A stretch of DNA of 64,000 nt from the human T2T-CHM13v2.0 reference genome, Homo sapiens. Of this stretch, positions 55,188 to 64,000 are shown piece by piece; position 1 is the stretch's first letter, and each line of letters begins with the position of its first letter. The stretch lies in NCBI RefSeq assembly GCF_009914755.1, contig NC_060933.1. One strand, written 5' to 3'. Made by a program: the position numbers and the translations under genes. The notes under the pieces are model-generated. The model saw nothing but the letters and a program-made list of their open reading frames with translations. It was not told where the DNA came from and did not search any database.

Positions 55188-55231
55188 TGAGACACCACGC
55201 CTGGCCAAGAAATAATTTTTCAATTTACCTA

Positions 55232-55621
<390 letters not shown>

Positions 55622-56624
55622 TTAAAGAAACCATAAAAGGTATCATATGATGTGATTCTATGCCTTGCTTTTTTTGTCTCTCAAGAAAAGTCTTGGGTAT
55701 TTTCCTGTCTCATAGTACGGTTTGAATGTCCCCTTAAACTGGTCACAGGATTTCATGTGGTGGCACCTGTAGCTTCGTAGCCATCCCTGTTGGAAGGCAT
55801 TTCCAGTTTCCTGCTGTTCTGAACATTTGAACTGACACCTCTCTGTCACCGTGTGCACTTTCCCCTAGGGTGTGTGAGAGGGCACGAGCGCCCTAGGGTG
55901 CCTGGGAAGAGGTCCCATCAGTCTCCATCCCATGAGGAGTGGCTGGGAGGACCTCTCTCCCCCTTCACAACCTGCGTAACATGAAGTATTTTATTAAAGA
56001 GTCTGCTAATCGGATGGATAACAAGAGAGCCCATTATTATTCTAATGTCACTTCCTTGATTCTGTGAATATTTTTCATACGTCTCCTGCCCATTTTTAGT
56101 ATTTCTTGTGACGTGACTGTATCCTTCCCATGAGGGGAAAGAAGATAACTTTGAGTACATCAAAACTTACAACTTGTTTACCCCGGAAGGACACCATCAT
56201 CAAAGTTAAAAGACCAGTTACCACCTGGAAGAAGATAGTTACAACATATTATAGACCTAAGGTTATTAACTACAATATATAAAGAGCACCTACAAATCAA
56301 CAGGAAAAAGACAAACAGCCAAATAGGAAGTGAGTCTAAGGTATGAACCCTTTGAAATTTTACAGGCAAAACCACACATGGCCAGAGAAGGAAAGCATCT
56401 TGCCCAAGGTCTCACATTCAGGGAATTATTGGTAGAGCTGGATCTAGGACGCAGGTTTCACTGCTTATCTCAGGCTTTTTCATCACTTCATTCTCACTTG
56501 GATGGTAAAGAGGTGTAAGGGGTAGCCAGTACCCATTGACTCACTCCACTGACATTTACTGAGCACCTGCCACATTCCAGGCCCAGGGCTAGGACCGGTG
56601 AAAAACACGAAGCGCCCAGGCTAG

Positions 56625-57026
<402 letters not shown>

Positions 57027-57989
57027 TGAACTGCTTTTTCAAGGCCTGCTGTGGCAGCCTCACCCCACCAGCTTGCCAAGCACAAGCTGTGCCCTGCTGC
57101 TGTCTGTTCCCTGAACTAACCATGATCCTTCCCTCTTCAGGGCCTTTGAACAAGCAGCTCCCTCTGTCTGGAATCTCCCCACTCACTTGTCTTATCCTTC
57201 AGTTCTTTTTTTTTTTTTTTCCTTTTTTTGAGACAGGGTCTTGCTCCATCACCGAGGCTGGAGTGCAGTGGTGTGATCATAGCTCGCTGCAGCCTTAACC
57301 TCCTGGGCTTAAGTGATCCTCCCACCTCAGACTCCCAAAGTGCTGGGATTATAGGCATGAGCCACCATGCTCAGCCTCCTTCAGTTCTCAGTTTAAACAT
57401 TACATCCTCTGAGAAGCTCCAGTCGAGGTCAGGTCTCCTGTTGTGTGTTCTCAGAGTGCCCTGCACAGTTCCTTGGTAGCACTTATCACAGCGCTAAATT
57501 GATGAGGAACTCTATGGGAAATGATCTGTCTCATGTCTGTCTCCCCTGCTGGATGAAGCTTTGTGAGAATAGGGATTGTGTCTGTAATGTTCATTGCTAT
57601 CTCTCAGCAAATACTTCTGGACCAAATGCTACTCACTGTCTGGGACACACACCCACCATGCTCTGGGTCTAGTGAAGGAGTCAGACAGGCACATGTGTGA
57701 GCACCAGTGACAGGCTGGCCCTGTCAGGTCCTGGCGACAAGCTAGCACAGGACGACACAGAGGAGGAAGCTCAAAGGGTTTGCCACATTAGCCTGCGTGC
57801 CCCCTCTGCCGCCATCCCCAAGGCTCATGATCCAGGGTCCTCTGCTGGCTGGTAGATGGGGGAGGCCATCACTGGGCAGGAGTACCAGCTGCCGGGCATT
57901 TGGCTTCATATCTTCCACTGACTCTTAATCTCTGGTTCCTAGATGCCACCCTTTCCCGTTTTCCACTGCTGCTGGGAATGCATTTGGGA

Positions 57990-57990
<1 letters not shown>

Positions 57991-58020
<30 letters not shown>

Positions 58021-58022
58021 TT
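57991..58022. repeat. (TTA)n microsatellite
   Basis: Directly visible; gives the poly-Tyr in ORF 57900..58136. Confidence 0.85.
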
Positions 58023-58112
58023 ACAGTTCAGCAAGAATTAGAGAGGGAGGAGAAGGCTGTATGTGAAAATTGTGCCAGTTCACATTCTCAGAAAATATTT
58101 GCAACACAGTCA

Positions 58113-58504
<392 letters not shown>

Positions 58505-58567
58505 TTAAGTTAAAACAACATTGAAATACCATTTCCTTCCTCAAGATTGGCACACATTTTGACATGA

Positions 58568-59053
<486 letters not shown>

Positions 59054-59640
59054 TAAATGCTTGCATGAGGAGACATTTGCAGGAGTGTTTATTGCAGCCT
59101 TATTTGTAGTATTGGATGCCCCCCAAATGTTTGTCAGTGAGAAGGCACTGCCCCTGGGTCATGTGCACACCATGAGATGGAGCATTTGAGCCTCGGCTCG
59201 CTGGGACGCATGGATTAGTGAAAAGGGCAGATTGCAGAACAGGATGGGCTAGTCTATTTCCATTCTTATGTTTAAAAAGAAAACTCAATCAACACCAGCC
59301 TGGGCAATGTGGGGAGACCCTGTCTCTACAAAAAATACAAAAAAATTAGCCAGGCATAGTGGCACGTGCCTGTGGTCCCAGCTACGAGGGAGGCTAAGGT
59401 GGGAGGATGGCTTAAGCCCAGGAGGTTGGAGTTTGCAGTGAGCTAAGATTACACCACTGCACCCCATCCTGAGTAACAGAACTAGACCCTATCTCAAAAA
59501 AGAAAGAAAAAGAAAACTCAAAACAAAAAAAGGAAACAGACAGGTAGTTGCCAGTGGCTGGAGTGGGAAGAGGATTTGATGATGAAGTGGCATGAGCGAA
59601 TTTTCGAGGGTGATGGAATTGTTTTCTTTTTTCTTTTTGA

Positions 59641-59987
<347 letters not shown>

Positions 59988-60693
59988 TAGAATTGTTCAC
60001 TAACATTGGGTGAATTAGAGTAAATAGATTATACTTGATTAAAAAAATGTTTATATATGCACACAAATACAAATATATTTCTTTCCCAAAGGCACAAATT
60101 ATATATGTACAGATGCATGCCTTGGGCCTGATAATGACAGTTACACCTGACAGGAGGTGTGGGGTGGGAGGGGAACCAGGGTTAGGCTGGAGTGGTCAGT
60201 AGATGCTTTAGTTTTTTATACCATGTTTCAAACTTTTACAAGGAGAATATATTGAGATGTTATCTGTATAATTGAAGATTAATTTTAAAATTATATTCCT
60301 ACCATTAGTATAGGCAAAATCCTATTTATAGGTTGCTGCTTTTATAATTCAGAGACTGATCCTGTTCTCAAAACAGGATAACTAAATAGAAGGACCATTC
60401 AAAAAATACCTGTGTGCCAGGCGCAGTGGCTCACGCCTATAATCCCAGCACTTTGGGAGGCCGAGTCGGGTGGATGCTTGAGCTCAGGAGTTTGAGACCA
60501 TCCTGGGTAACATAGCAAGACCTTGTCTCTACCAAAAATACAAAAAATTAGCCAGGCATGGTGGTGCATGCCTGCAGTCTCAGCAACTTAGGAGGCTGAG
60601 GTGGGAGGATCACTAGAGCCCAGGAGGTCGCGGCTGCAGTGAGCTGAGATTGTGCCACTGCACTCCAGCGTGGGCAAGAGTGAGACTCCATCA

Positions 60694-60997
<304 letters not shown>

Positions 60998-61880
60998 TCA
61001 AAAAAAAAAAAAAAAAAGAAGAACCTAACTCTTGTGTATATGTGTATTGCTGTTTAATTACATCAATAATAAATTAATTAATTAAACACCAATAATTACA
61101 TTACATTATTGATGTTTAATACCTGCTCCTTGTTATAAATTTAAACAATACAGACAATTACAAACCAAGTGAATGTCAACCCTTCCACCCTGCACTCCCG
61201 TTGCCTGGAGGTAGTCATCATTAACTGATTAATGACTGTCCTTCTTGACCTTTGACTCAATACCTTCACACATATGCTCAGAGTTGAGTTTTCTTGATGA
61301 TGTTTTTGCAAAAGTAGAATCATGCTACACACAGGTGAGGGATCTCACACATTCGCCCCATTGGCGGTTGTGTAATAGTCCACTGTATGGATGCACCATG
61401 ACTTACGGACAGATGTTGATAGATGTATGAGTTATTTCCAGTGTTTTTGCTCTTTTGAATAATTCTGCAGGAAGTTGTACCCACACCTTTGTGCACTGTG
61501 AGTATTTTGGTGGACTGGAACCGGGTGCTGTAGGTGTGTTACGCAGACATCCATGGGCATCAGATATCCCATTTCCTGCTCTGCTCTTCAGACCACCATC
61601 CCTGCTCAGGGCTGCATCCCAGAACTGTCTTGAAGAGCCCCTCCTACGGTGCCATGCACACAGTGACAGCCCAGGGGTTCTCATCAGGTGTCCACTGGAA
61701 CCACCTGGTGCCCTTGATCAATACGGATCCCCTCATCCCCCGACCCCACCATTCTGAGGCAGTGGTCTGGGGTGGGCCAGAGTTTGTATAACATCAGGCC
61801 ACCCGGGGGTTCCTGGTGCCCATGCCAGGGAGAACCACTGCTGCCACCCTCTCTTGACCACTGTCTTTTTTTCCTCCCAG

Positions 61881-61910
61881 AACAGGTTCTCAGACTATGA
61901 GAAGAGGAAG
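61881..61910 (+). CDS. LRSAM1: LRSAM1 coding exon 10, 30-nt micro-exon (NRFSDYEKRK)
   Basis: Strong polypyrimidine tract and cag acceptor, AAG|GTAAGA donor. Confidence 0.9.
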
Positions 61911-62253
61911 GTAAGAAAATGCCTTTACCCTTCTGTCACTCTTTTCTCATTAAAGATCTCAACTCAACTCATAAAATATTTGAGAAAATGACTTCTTCCC
62001 AGCTCAGAATTAGAGGTCACAGTAATGCCTTCCTCTTACACGCACAGTCTGCTGCATCCTCACATGCCTCAGGTGGGTGGTAGAGCATCCATGGGACAGG
62101 TGCAGAGACTGAGGCTCAGAGGGGTTGAGCCCAGCACCGGGCTCTAGACCACTAGCCTCTTCCTGTGAACAGCTTGTTTTCTTACAGTTGGGCCCTGGAG
62201 GGGAGTGGGGGTTGCTCAGCATGAAGACCTGGAGCCTGCCCTGTCAGTGTTGA

Positions 62254-62553
<300 letters not shown>

Positions 62554-62718
62554 TGAAGCTGTCACTTCCTTCTGTCCCCCAGCACCTGGGAGGGCCCTTA
62601 CAGATCACCCAGCCCAGCCTCCCCGTGTGCAGATGGACACTGTAGCCTACTGGGAGGAGCTGGCCGGAGGTCACACAAAAAGGATTGGCAAGGCAGGGTG
62701 GGAAAGCCAGCCTCCTAA

Positions 62719-63096
<378 letters not shown>

Positions 63097-63604
63097 TGAC
63101 CCAGTCATTACAAAGTCTGGTTTCTTAGCATGAGACTGCTACCAGATTGGACCTGTGGCCTCGGGCAAATGTTTCCCCACTGGGCCCCAAGCTTCCCATC
63201 TATAAAGTGAGTGGGTTTGACAAGATAGTTGGGATCACATCCTGCTCCAGTATTTTGGGTTCTGCGTAACCCGTTGCACTGAGGTCAGCTGTTCACCTGT
63301 AGTGAGATTTGCCTTAACAAACCCTGTGCAAGGTACGAGCTAGTAAGAGCAGATCTTGATGGGGCTGGGGAGACATGGCGCCAGAAAAGCCTGAGAAGTC
63401 TAGTGAGGGGGCCCATTGCAGGATGATTCCAGAAACAGGCTCCAGCCATATGCCCTGCCACTTCCAGGCCTCTTTTTTCTAACCCTGAATCACTCGTTCC
63501 TCCCTCACCTGTCAGTTTCAAAAGTACCTGCATGAGTTCAGGAAACCAGTCATTTGTTGGATGCTTCTTATGTGCCAAGCTTGTTACATCTATTTCTTCA
63601 TTAA

Positions 63605-63952
<348 letters not shown>

Positions 63953-64000
63953 TAGGTGAGGAAACCTGGGACTTGAGTGGTTTCAGTAACTGGCTAAGAA

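Overview
Human genomic DNA, recognised from its proteins as the chr9q33.3-q34.11 ZNF79-RPL12-LRSAM1 locus. It holds the complete ZNF79 gene (+, 5 coding exons, 498 aa, degenerate KRAB plus 11 C2H2 fingers) and the complete RPL12 gene (-, 7 exons, 165 aa) with the H/ACA snoRNA SNORA65 in intron 4. It also holds the first 12 coding exons of LRSAM1 (+, codons 1-348; the gene continues past the window), which shares a compact head-to-head CpG-island promoter with RPL12. All reconstructed exons have GT-AG junctions and join in frame. The rest is Alu-dense (about 60 copies or fragments by eye), with L1, MIR, LTR and DNA-transposon remnants, a Y1-RNA retrocopy and two minisatellites. I find no convincing undescribed multi-gene system. 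The best leads are a poison-splicing unit in RPL12 intron 1, a possible 88-codon upstream ORF overlapping LRSAM1, an Alu inserted into an LRSAM1 polypyrimidine tract, a nested AluYb8, an intact antisense solo LTR and the degenerate ZNF79 KRAB. Repeat subfamily names and boundaries are by eye and approximate.
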